Positions 52,255 through 64,000 of a DNA stretch of 64,000 bases are shown piece by piece. The stretch lies in assembly GCF_006345805.1 (NCBI RefSeq), contig NC_043014.1, positions 51,460,001-51,524,000 on the forward strand, given 5' to 3'. Source of the DNA: Octopus sinensis. Lineage: Eukaryota. The first letter of the stretch is position 1; every line of letters begins with the position of its first letter. The notes under the pieces are model-generated. The model ran no database searches. It saw nothing but the letters and a program-made list of their open reading frames with translations, and had not been told where the DNA came from. The position numbers and the translations under genes were made by a program.

Positions 52255-52860
52255 ATCGCTGGTCACAATGCGTTTCCAATTCTCTGAACATTGCGCTTTT
52301 CCTTTCCATTATGGCGCAAATTGCTTAACCAGATCGACTTTCTTTCGTCGTAGAGGCCATCCAAGTGACATTTTTGCGATCTCTTGGTTAGCATTTGTGA
52401 ACCGCATGGGTCTACCTGTTGTCTGCGAATCTCGGGACATGTCCGACCCAGTGGAAAATGTGCTTTAAGTACTCTGCGATCAGACCGTTCACTCCACTCT
52501 GTTCTCGAATTGCCTCGTTTCGAATAGACACTCGTAGCGATATTCCTAGCATGGATCTTTCCATGGCCCCTTGCGTCGTAGTCATTCGATGGTTTTACCT
52601 TCTTCGCAGTAGCTCATATCTCACTTGCTTATAAGATCGCGGGTAGAACGTTGCTATTAAAGACTCTGACACATAATATACAGTCTAGCGTTGTTTTGAG
52701 CACATCCTTTATTGAGTGAAAACTTTGCATCTAGACCATATTTTCTTTGCGAATAAGGGCTGGATGGAACGGAGCATATTTACTGTGTGCCTTCGGCAGA
52801 CGTATTCTTTCGCACCCTCAATTTCATCGCTTCTAACCTCTATTTTGCACTATATTTAAG
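52255..52860 (-). pseudogene. RTE-clade LINE, decayed C-terminal ORF fragment
   Basis: Minus-strand translation VRVFNSNVLPAIL*ASEI* and TTQGAMERSMLGISLRVSIRNEAIREQSGV...HWVGHVPRFADNR*, matching the RTE post-RT motifs (AMER.MLG.SL...IRN..IR, W.GH..R). Confidence 0.85.
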
Positions 52861-54699
52861 AAATGATATATGAAACTAACATCGTACGCAATAAAACTCA
52901 ATTACCATGTTTTCTTGTATGAATCGCACCCAAAGTGTTTCAGTTAAAGCAAAGTATCAATTATTGTGACTGTCACACGGATAAATAACGCAGTGGACTC
53001 ATTTGGGTAAATTTAGGCTAGCGTTAAGATTTGTAACTAACGTAATTGAATTGAAGACAAGTAAAGAAAACCAGACACGAGGAAAGCCAAGAACAAAAAG
53101 AAACCTTATTAAATATGTTATATAACTTACATAATCATGAATCGTGACAATAATTTTTCACGTTTCCTCTCTTCTCCTCGCATTAAGCCGGTTCCCCCAC
53201 GTTCTCTCTCTCTCTCTCTGTATATATCTTCACGTTTTCTTCTAACCTTGACAGAAAGCGAACGCATTAGCAGAATGCCAGGCATAGGGTGTTCTCTTTT
53301 ATCGGCAAAGTAAGAACATTAACAAGGCTTCACTGCTTTCAACCAAGAAATCGAAACTTTACGTAAGCCACACTTTCGTTACATATGTTTCTTTTCTCTC
53401 TAAGAGAAATTAGGACTGCAAGACTATAACAATATCAGCGTTTCCTAACAGTTTTTGCTGGTCGTTAATGGTTATCGATTAGTGTCTGTAATATGCCTAA
53501 ATTTAGACATTTGCCATATCGATTTCATCAATTTACTTGAACCTGCAAATATCATGGGCATTGCCTCTATTTCGTTGAGAAGATGACATACTTATGTGTG
53601 CGTATTCCCGAAGTATATATATATACTTGATAACACAGTATACATATAAGATATACTATACATATGCTTATACATATATAGGCGTGTAAATTATATGCAT
53701 ATCTATATACGCAATGTATCTAATTATATATATATATATATATAAATTAACTTGAATCTTTATTGCTCTTTGTATATATATATATATATATATACAAGAT
53801 AAGAAAATGGAGAAATACATCTAAATCAAATATCAATTACCAGATAATACTCAATTCTGTAGTATATTGGATATATGTTATCCTATAGAGGGTTGCATTT
53901 ACAACCCCTATCTCAATTTGTGTGTATATATATATATATATAAGATATACTATACATATGCTTATGCATATACAGGTGTCTGAAATTTATGCATATCTAC
54001 ATCTACATACGTAATCTATCTAGTTATATATATATATATATATATATACGTGTGTGTGTGTGGGGGGGTGTATTGAGAAAGAAATATAGAAAGAGACAGG
54101 GTTAAAATCCTTGACTGTAAAATCTTTTTTGAACAGGAAACGAAAGAACAACCAAAATCGTGACAATTTTTGTGTTGGAATTTCATCAGCAACTGCGTTC
54201 TCTCTTCATCTGTTCACGAATATAATAAATATATTAGCACATTATTATGAAGATTTTCAGCAAACTGTATCAAAGAAATTCTGTATATATGGCATTCTTG
54301 GAAGCTAAGTCTTCAATAAATGATTGATATATTGAGAGCGTTTTGCTTCAATGCTATATTCTACAATGGAAATATATCTATACATTTTTAGCTTAATCAT
54401 TGGCATTACATATTGTAGAAATATGCACACAAGTATTCTTATGCCTATTCAGTCTTATTTATTTATTTTATTAATAAATTCATTTATTTATAAATGAATT
54501 CATCCAATATCCGATGATTCAGGATTAATTCTAACTTAGAGATATGATGGTTAGAAAGAATTGTGCGAATACTGGACGGAATTGCAAACAGTTATGTATA
54601 CTGGACTTTTTTGCTGCATTAAAATTCCGCTTTTCCACGCTCGTTAAAGTACGACTTAGTGAAAGCAATATAGTATCAATTTAGTGGATAGTATACCAG

Positions 54700-54985
54700 C
54701 TAATTAAAACTGGATCTCCGTCGATTGTAACAACGAGTGTTCTAGTTGATCGAATGAACGAAAGAATCTGCTTGTGCGATTAATATAAAAGTAGCTGAGC
54801 ACTTCACTGACACGCGTAACCTTATCATAGGCCTCAGGGAGATTCAGCGTGATACGGGATATGACAAGTCTGTCATTTGAATTAAAGGTCTAACGCATTT
54901 TTACCAATCTTGCTAAAGGACCCGATGTGCCACCAGGAATGGAGGTCACGACCTCATGACCATGAGCCGCATACCCCAACCAGAA
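54700..54985 (-). mobile_element. SINE family S3, decayed
   Basis: ctagttgatcgaat...gctgagcact...gacacgcgtaacc...gattcagcgtga is the reverse complement of the S3 tail. Confidence 0.65.
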
Positions 54986-55837
54986 AGCTACACATCGTTG
55001 CGATGCCGCTGCTTCCGGTATACGACTTCATCAGAGAGTATGACCCGCTATCATTTTCATCTATGGAGAAAAGTTCCAACATTTATATGTTGTTGGTTCA
55101 AGTGCTGAAAATGCCTGACTGTGGATTCAACTGTAGTTTCTTTTTTTTTTTTGTTTGTCGAGCGAGATTTTGGTCAGACATAGATATTTCACCTTGTGAG
55201 AGGCGAAAAATCTTGTAGAATATTGTTATGGGGAGCTTGGAGGTAGCAATGTCATTTGTCTTGAAAACAAAACCGAACTGCATTTGTAGGGAGTTATAGG
55301 CTGTATGGGGGGGTTAAAACCAAATTGCATATACTGAGTTGAAAGAAGTGAAAAAAATGTATAATGTATGGTGTGTAAGACTGCAAATAGAAGATATAAA
55401 AGAGTATTGAATTAAGGAAGGCATTTGGGAAAGAGATAACCAGAATATTTTAAGCCTGAGAGGTTGAAGGAAAGATTTGATTATATATAAAAACAAATCT
55501 TAACTTTCGCTCTCTCTCACATGCACACACGTCCATACACAACACACACACAACCGAACACACAAATACACACACATATACATTATAGTGAGATGAAGGA
55601 AGGAAACTGAAGAGCAAGGGAGGAAGTGAAAGCATGTAACACGGCGAAGCATAGAGTACGTGACTAAAAGTAAATCTGGAAACAAAATGCAAATATCTAG
55701 AAACCGAGGAATATATTCTTATCACACATAAACTAAACATTAATTGTATAGAGGAATCTGAAGGATAACTTAACTTACTGAATGCATATACACGTATGTG
55801 TTTATGTACGTATATAAATACATATATGCATATATAC

Positions 55838-55877
<40 letters not shown>

Positions 55878-56121
55878 CTATACATATGTTTATGTGAGTG
55901 CGTTTGCGTCGCATGTGTTGGAGAACTGTAAGTGAATTTAAAGTTTCTTAATCTTTGGTTTCACGTCATCGTTATTCTCAACGACTGAAGTAGCGTGTCT
56001 AAAATCATATAAGACAGCCTACACTCAAATAAGACGAAATAAAATTAGTCAGAAGTCTGTACCTAATATTTTTGAGATGTTCACTTGTAAAATATTTACT
56101 TTTTATCCATTTCTGTGCACC

Positions 56122-56169
<48 letters not shown>

Positions 56170-56212
56170 TATATATCCGGTTCATGTTTATATATATATA
56201 TACACGGTTTTT

Positions 56213-56250
<38 letters not shown>

Positions 56251-56319
56251 GGTTCATGTTTATATATTACACACGGTTTTTGTTTATATATATATATATA
56301 CAAAGAGAGAGAAACAGAG

Positions 56320-56350
<31 letters not shown>

Positions 56351-56804
56351 CATACATACATACATACATACATAGTTATACTTAAAAATATGCAAGAATA
56401 CTTTCAATCGTTAATGAAGTTTTACATCATAAATATTTATAGTTTAATGATTAAGTTTTATACTATGGGGAGCCCATTATCGATACATTTGTTTCACGAA
56501 AGTTTTAGTATATTTCAATTTTAAAACGTCACATGTGTTTGAATCAATAATTTAAAGGTACCACGTCCTCTAAAGGTCTTATTTTATTTCATGACAGCTT
56601 GCGTTGTAATTCATTCAACTCATTATTATACTTGGTAACACTAAAACTCAGCTAATGTGTGATTGTACACGTGATACGGCAGACTGAAAAAAATAAGGTA
56701 TTTGAATACTCACGTGTCCGTGAGTACTAAAAAGTATATCAATATATGTTCAGGATAATGGAATTGGTACATATATGCAGGCATTCTAAGGTCATTTTGG
56801 CATC

Positions 56805-56835
<31 letters not shown>

Positions 56836-56846
56836 GTCAGTCATCA

Positions 56847-56891
<45 letters not shown>

Positions 56892-57018
56892 TATATATAT
56901 ATATATATATATACATATATATATACATACATACATACGCCTGATAGCGTGTGCATATGTGTTAGTGTTTGTATGTGTGCGTTGGTGTATATATGTGCAT
57001 ATATATTACCACACACCA

Positions 57019-57076
<58 letters not shown>

Positions 57077-57118
57077 CACACACACACCACACACACACAC
57101 ACACACGCACACACACAC

Positions 57119-57168
<50 letters not shown>

Positions 57169-58602
57169 TGTGTTTATATGTGTGAATAGTCGTCTGTGAT
57201 TATATAGGGGAACAAGACCGTTCGTTTCCCGAGCGTTGCACACAGATATAATAAAGGCAAACAGATAGCAATATCTGATGTTTTTAATTCACTGAATCAA
57301 ATACATTATTATTATTTGATTATTTGTAATCTGTATAGAGATGTTGCCAAGGTTGAATAATTTATCATAAAAGCAAATATGAAGACAATGAGACATTTCT
57401 GAAGGAAGTAGATAACACAAATGGAATGATACGCTGCTTAGAAATTTTTTTTTTCAGTGTCAAAAATACATTGTATTTTTACTTTTCTCCCCCCTCTCTC
57501 TCTCTCTCTCTCTCTGTCTATCTCTTACGTTTTTCCTTGTCTCTGACTCTTTGTTCCTGCGTCTCTCTGTTTCTCTCTCTCTCTCTCATGCTCTCTCTCT
57601 CTCTCATGCTCTCTCTCTCTCTCTCTCTCAGTGTCTTTACGTTTTCTTCTTTCTTTATGTGACATACATTATCTTCATGTTTATTTTAATATTTGATATT
57701 TCTGAAATGACAGTCACTGTAGGAGAATAACAACACAGTAAAACGAACGATGAATATCTTGTATATTTTCTACATTATTCAGAGAGCGGAAAGGAAGAGA
57801 GAGGCAGAGAAAGAGAGATAAAAGAAAGAGAAAGAAAGAGAGAGAGAGAGACAAGGAAAGAATGTGTGTGTAGATGTGCGCGTGTGCAAACTATTGAAAA
57901 GACCATCTATAAATAGCTTTTATACAAGTTGTAGAGAGGTAAACTAGACTGAAAGAAAATTCGTTGCATTATGTTTCGTAGGTAAATGAATATATTGTTA
58001 TAGATTTGAAATATTTCCACTGTGAGTTATATAAATGTATATAATTCTGAAAAGAAATAATTATAGAGCAAACAACGGAATGTATGCACAACCTCTTCAC
58101 GTGCTAGATATAGCACTCGAAGATCCTTCAAATTGCACAATATTCTCTGATATGAAAAATACGTTTATAATAGAAAATGTTGTCTCTGGTACGGAAAGAA
58201 TGATAAAATGTCGGTTGGTAATGTTTTGAAAGGCATCAACCATTATGGCAGGAAAATGTGCAATTCATAAATCACTGGTTCCATGTAGACTAATTATGGT
58301 CTGCGGTTTCTACTGAAATCGTTGTGTAAATTTCGTAAATACCTCCTAAGTATGTATGCTGTTTGAAGACGATGACATGACAAGTTTTCTGCACAAAGCC
58401 TTTTGTTAAATTTAGAGAATAAGATCTGTTACGAGAGTTCAACGGCAGCCATTTCTGTGCTGCAAAAGCCATTACAAAGAATTTAATAGAAATTTGTACG
58501 TTTCACTGTAAACTACTGAAAAATGTGTTATACTGTATGTTAACAAAAGTATTTTGAGGGTGGAATATATTATTACACTGAAATTGGCATGGGTAGTGAA
58601 AA

Positions 58603-58639
58603 TAACCAACGTTTCGGAGAAAGTCCCTCTTCAGGTTAA
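58603..58639 (-). ncRNA. Minimal hammerhead-like motif, family F, canonical core
   Basis: UUAAC-CUGAAGA-G-GGA-CUUUC-UCC-GAAAC-GUU-GGUUA. CUGANGA and GAAAC are intact; stem I needs one bulged G. Confidence 0.5.
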
Positions 58640-58747
58640 TGGTGACAGGAGGGAAATAAAAGAAAGATTAATATTCTATGACCACTGTGTTTGAGAAACT
58701 GGTTGCAGCTCATGAAGAAGAACCCCCAAAAAATGGAGTTTCTATTA

Positions 58748-58949
58748 TAGGCACAAGACCTGAAATTTGGAAGGAGGGGGGTTTGTCGATTACGTCGTGC
58801 TCCGTGTTTCACTGGTACTTAATTTCTTGACCGCAAGAAGATGAAAGGCAAAGTCGACCTCGGCGGAATTTGAACTCAGAATGTAACGGCAGACGAACTG
58901 CCGCTAAGCATTTCGTCCTGCAAGCTAACGATTCTGCCAGCTCGCCGCC
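58748..58949 (-). mobile_element. SINE family S2, tail type 2
   Basis: gatgaaaggcaaagtcgacctcggcggaatttgaactcagaatgtaacggcagacg...gccagctcgccgcc. Confidence 0.8.
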
Positions 58950-58982
<33 letters not shown>

Positions 58983-58983
58983 G

Positions 58984-59271
58984 GTGGGCTACAGCAAATA
59001 TTTTGCTCAATAACACAGATTTGCTTGTCAGTTGTTTGACCTTAACCAGTTGAGCATATCCCTTAGTGGCTGACGATATGTGCATCTCTGATCACGAGCA
59101 GAAGTAGTGGGGAAGCATCATAGCCATGTGTTGAGAGGGATTCTTTGGGGTTTGAATAATTCACCTCTGGAAACATGGGTGGTTCTTTCAACATCCTTAA
59201 ACAACCCTTATTCAGGGATGTTTTGAGCGGGATGGGCTACTCAACCTGAAGAAAATTCTAACTGGATCCCA
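58984..59271 (+). mobile_element. Fragment of the same (AAT)n-bounded element as 50948-51165
   Basis: Starts directly after (AAT)n at 58950-58982 and overlaps the 50948 copy in reverse orientation. Confidence 0.6.
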
Positions 59272-59400
59272 CGCACAAACGTATGCAAGAATTATTTCAT
59301 CTTTTATATTTTGTTTTAGTCATTAGAATGCGGCCATGCTAGGGCCATACTTTGCAGAATTTTAGCAGAACGAATGCTGACATAATCCTTGCTTTCAGAT

Positions 59401-59790
59401 CCTTTTTGATGTTACAAGGAGTTTTGTTGGTCTCTTACTCAACTGCACCCAAAGTATAATTATTAAGGTGTTTGCAGTATGAGCAGTTAGGTGCCCAGAT
59501 GTGATGGGGTCATGAGGTCGCAGAAACTGTTTCGCAGCCATGACTGAATTCCTCTGCTTGTGTGGCACGGTGCAGAGTCTTGTTGCCAGACATAGGGCCT
59601 CCCAACAGCCATCCTCTTGACCCAGGGCAGCACTACCTCTTCCAGGCACTTGATGTAGGCTTCTGTGTTGAGACTGAGGCCGTGTGGGAAGATGAATGGA
59701 ACATAATTCCGCCATCAATAGTGATCACGACAAACATCATGATGCTGACTGGATTTATGTTTTTATTACTCTCGGTACATGCTTTAGGGA
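59401..59790 (-). pseudogene. Tc1/mariner-superfamily transposase fragment (maT/DD37D-like), frameshifted
   Basis: PFIFPHGLSLNTEAYIKCLEEVVLPWVKRMAVGRPYVWQQDSAPCHTSRGIQSWL, then after a frameshift IWAPNCSYCKHLNNYTLGAVE*ETNKTPC. These correspond to the QQDSAP.H and WPP.SPD.NPLDY.VWG motifs. Confidence 0.85.
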
Positions 59791-61174
59791 CATGCATTGT
59801 CCTCAGATTGACACCCAAACACACCGAAATCTCCGTAGTGGAGCTCCAGGCATGAATACCAAGCAGTACAGGCATGAATACCAAGCAGTACAGAGTGAAT
59901 TGCTTCATGGTGCTGTTTTTCATACAAGCGATGCCCAACTGCCCCTACTATACTGTGTAGTCGACAAAATCGAAAATTAGAATGCACATGCACAAAATTA
60001 AAAATATAGAATGGCGACGATTTACCTATCGCATCCTATATACATATAGATGTGTTCTCGCACATTCACAAACCATCCACACGCTGATAATTTTTCTTTT
60101 TCCAAATCTAGACATCATAAAGTGCATCTCTTATGCGATGGAAATTTGACAGCTTTCTCAATAAATATTCTTTAATTTTTACATTCACCAAAATCTTGTA
60201 ATGAAATGTTTCTTTAGAAATTTCATTCAGACATCTTTAATTCCACTCTCTTTAATAGTTCGCTATACTCATCAATATTCTACACATTTCCAAAATCACG
60301 GAAGAAGAACCTAAAATAAAACACTTGATGCATAGTTATTCTGCAGTGAATGTCAAAATAGGAAATATTTTTCATTTTACTATGTTGCTGTTGTAGTTTT
60401 TGCTGTTATTATTGTCATTATTATTTTTCTTACCGTCTATATTATCATCAATACTATTTTCGTTATTAGCGTTATTATTGTAATTATTATTTCCATCATC
60501 ATCATCATCATCACGATTATCATCGTCATCATAATTATTATTATCGCCATTATTTTTTTTTCTTTCAAATTTTCCTTTTGTTTCGTTCTTTAAAATTTTT
60601 AAAATTCATTCACCAACTTCAATACAGATCTTTCATTTTAGAGATATTCAATAATTTATCTGTGAATTAATGCCTGTAAATAGCATAGTTAATATCACCA
60701 TTTATTTTCAGATTAAAAACAGAAAAAAAAAGCTGAAACACGTTCTATTCTTTGCTATTTATTTCTGACTTTCTGATGTCATTTAGCCCCCTGTTATAGT
60801 TGGTTATTTTTGTTAAACATTTCTTTCATACGCTGCTTTCATCTCTTGTTTACGTCTATTTTAATGTCTTTATATGTTTCTAATTGACTATTCAAATAAT
60901 TAATATTTTAGATTAGTTTTCTGCGTATATATTTGGTTGTTAATGATGTTTTTTTTTTAAATATTTTCTGTCTGGTTAATGTAACATAAAAGTATTTTTC
61001 GTTCTATCAAGTATATCTACTAACGTGTAGACACACACGCAATCATAAGCACACATCCATTCATATATGCACATTGAAATATCTACACGCACACACTCTA
61101 ATATTAATAATAATAATGATAATAATAATAACGATAATTATTATTATTATTATTATTATTGGTGGTGGTGGTGT

Positions 61175-61362
61175 TAAGGCGGAGGGGAGCTGGCAGAATC
61201 GTTAGCGGCATTTTGTCAGTCCCGTATACTGAGTTCAAATTCCGATTGACGTTGACAGTCATCATTTCGGGATCGATAAAAAAAGGACCAGCTAAACACT
61301 GGGGAGTCGATGTCATCGACTTATCCCAATCTCTTCCTACCTGGCCTTGTAGCAAAAATTGG
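61175..61362 (+). mobile_element. SINE family S2, tail type 2, decayed
   Basis: aaggcggaggggagctggcagaatcgttagc...gagttcaaattcc...tttcgggatcgataaa. Confidence 0.7.
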
Positions 61363-61367
61363 AAATA

Positions 61368-61390
61368 CTACTATTACTATTGCTACTGCA

Positions 61391-61429
<39 letters not shown>

Positions 61430-61471
61430 GCTCTACTACAACTACTGCTGCTGCTGCTGCTACTGCTGCTG

Positions 61472-61508
<37 letters not shown>

Positions 61509-61529
61509 TACTATTACTACTACTACTAG

Positions 61530-61561
<32 letters not shown>

Positions 61562-61587
61562 ATACTACTACTACTAATAATAATAAC
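61368..61587. repeat. Compound (ACT)n/(GCT)n/(AAT)n repeat
   Basis: Direct reading. Confidence 0.95.
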
Positions 61588-62477
61588 ATTCAGGCAATGA
61601 TCTGCCAAGATCGTTAGCACGATGGGCAAAATGTTTCACAGCATTTCGTCGTCAACAAACGTATTTATCCTATTACTGCGGAAATCACGTATATCCCCTT
61701 AAAATTTCATTACCCTCAACGGAACAAAGCGATCTTAACTCGTGGCCGGAGTCAAAGTTACCTGTAACATTATATTCTTGAATCAGCATTGATTCAAGAA
61801 ACGAATGTTACTTCAAATATTCATATGATTTCAGTTATCGATCCAAGTGCTCAAAATATATCTGCTGATCTTTCCTCTTCCTCAGAGGCAAACATTCCGT
61901 AGAATCTCTACAAAACACCGCATTCCAATCTCCTTCATCCATTTTCTATTTCATAGCACACAGCCCCTAATGCATCAATTATCACAAGCACCACCTTTAT
62001 AGACTTAATATTTCAAATCCTCGAAATCTCAGATTTTAAGGGGTTGTACTTTTTCAACTTTGCATCTGCTTGCTTTAGAATCCTAATTTTAACTTGAGAT
62101 GAAGAATCAATCAGTATGCAAATTCGATTTCTCTTGTCTATTACCGCAATATCGCGCCTAAAATGTTTCGTCTTTTGACGGATCAATTAATATGTAAATA
62201 AGATTTTTGCTTGTCTCTTACTGTATCACAGTATATTCCAATGGAAACATAAAACAAAACAAAGGATGAAGAGCAAAAAATACCAATTATCATTTCCTTT
62301 TAAGCAACACACTTACTTCACAGTAATTCGACATGACAGGAAGCTTTAGGCGTTCATATGTGATAGCAACTGGGTTGGACGAGAAATGCCCAGCAAGGAG
62401 AAAACTTGACGATGCAATTCGTGTATTTTTTATGTGTTTTCAACAATATTTAGCTGAAAGGAAATATATATGTATGA

Positions 62478-62488
62478 CTGCGTGTGTG

Positions 62489-62567
<79 letters not shown>

Positions 62568-62602
62568 GTGTGTGTGTGTGTATATATGTATGTGTGTGTA
62601 TA

Positions 62603-62661
<59 letters not shown>

Positions 62662-62774
62662 ATATATATGTGTGTGTGTGTATTATATATGTGTGTGTGT
62701 GTATATATATGTGTGTGTGTGATATATATGTGTGTGTATGTGTGTGTATATATGTGTGTGTGTGTTTATATATA

Positions 62775-62835
<61 letters not shown>

Positions 62836-62846
62836 GTGTGTGTGTG

Positions 62847-62883
<37 letters not shown>

Positions 62884-62900
62884 ATATAAATATGTGTGTG
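62478..62900. repeat. Compound (GT)n/(AT)n microsatellite
   Basis: Direct reading. Confidence 0.95.
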
Positions 62901-63013
62901 TATATATACATATATGCAGTTATTCATATACAAATGTGTGCACATCTCAGCCTCTCTATCTATCTATATATGAAAATACATATAAATATATATACATACA
63001 TACACACACACAT

Positions 63014-63056
<43 letters not shown>

Positions 63057-63122
63057 TTGTATATGTGTTGTGTTATTGTGCGTGTATATGTGAGTCTTAG
63101 TGTAAGCATGTATGTATCTCTC

Positions 63123-63501
63123 TCTATATAAACGGCAGTTTGTCTCTGTGTGTTTCTGTGTGTCTGTTTGCTTGTACCCTCACTCTGACCACGGCTTTCA
63201 ACCGATTCTGATGAAACTTGACACACACATAGCCCAATGTCATAATTCAAAACTAACGCAGCGAAAATTTTGAAAAGTTCCCCCAGTTCTGAAAAAGATC
63301 GATAAATTCGACATGGGGTCGACAATCAGAAACACAAACCACAGATGGTCATGGGGACGCAACTCGATCTTTTTAACAATCAAAAAATATTTACCATCAT
63401 TTTTTTCCCCATTTTTTTGCTATTTTTTGGCTATAACTCTCTAAAAATGCTTTATAGTTATTTCCCTTACAAACCCGAGCAACGCCGGGCGATACTGCTA
63501 G
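63123..63501 (+). mobile_element. Non-autonomous Helitron (5' type X)
   Basis: tctatataaacggcag ... cccgagcaacgccgggcgatactgctag|t, collinear with 21164-21544. Confidence 0.85.
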
Positions 63502-63533
63502 TATATATATATAAGTATGTATGAATTCATGTT

Positions 63534-63572
<39 letters not shown>

Positions 63573-64000
63573 ATGAATTCATGTTTGTGTATATATATAT
63601 ATATGTGTGTGTGTATGTATATGAATTGATTGTATAGATTTAGGTGTTGGGAAATATTTCCAAAAGCATGAAAGGAATTTATGTTACAATGTCTTCAAAA
63701 TTATGTTTTAAATAAAAAAAAATATACAGTTTCTATGTACTTATTTCTTGGTATTGAATTTGGAGGAGAATATTCGCATAATTGTAGTGTCTTGAATATG
63801 GCGTACAAGTGCATTAGAAGCAGAGCGCTGTATCTAATGTTTGTGACACACAGACACACACACACAATAACATATGTTTTTGTATATACAAACTCAGATA
63901 TAGACTATGCATACATACATCATTGCCCATGTTTCTTTCTCTCTCTCTCTGTCACTCTCTGTCTCTATCTATCTATTTTATATATATATATGCATGTATA

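Noticed and set aside
62155-62192. UAA-UUGAUCC-GUC-AAAA-GAC-GAAAC-AUU-UUA on the minus strand
   Set aside because: Three core mismatches and only A-U pairs in stem I, which is within chance expectation.

Overview
This is AT-rich eukaryotic non-coding DNA (intron or intergenic) packed with microsatellites and transposon debris. The SINE families, Helitrons and (AT)n/(AC)n/(CTAT)n density are what I associate with an octopus (coleoid cephalopod) genome; that assignment is inference, not a database result. No protein-coding gene can be called with confidence. Nearly all ORFs in the supplied track are microsatellite translations ([12 protein letters not shown], poly-S/L/V). Recognisable protein relics are all transposon-derived: an internally deleted mariner with perfect 28-bp TIRs (15244-15813), an RTE-clade LINE 3' fragment (~52255-52860), a maT/DD37D-like transposase fragment (~59401-59790) and an R4/Dong-like 3' end in an (AAT)n tract (50701-50934). 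There are also more than 20 SINE copies of three modular families, four mosaic non-autonomous Helitrons, several MITEs and a ~1.8-kb compound satellite. The most interesting signal is a set of minimal type-I hammerhead-ribozyme-like motifs (CUGANGA-stem II-GAAAC-GUH with a pairing stem I) in about six different short repeat families. These include three motifs spaced ~250 nt apart on one strand (36.7-37.3 kb), the first in a 165-bp spacerless palindrome and the other two in a tandem dimer, plus a tRNA-promoter-headed element carrying a hammerhead fold (4.1-4.4 kb). They look like Penelope-like-element (PLE) terminal repeats or retrozyme-like elements. Most copies have core substitutions, so self-cleavage is untested. 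Some single-base indels may be long-read errors.
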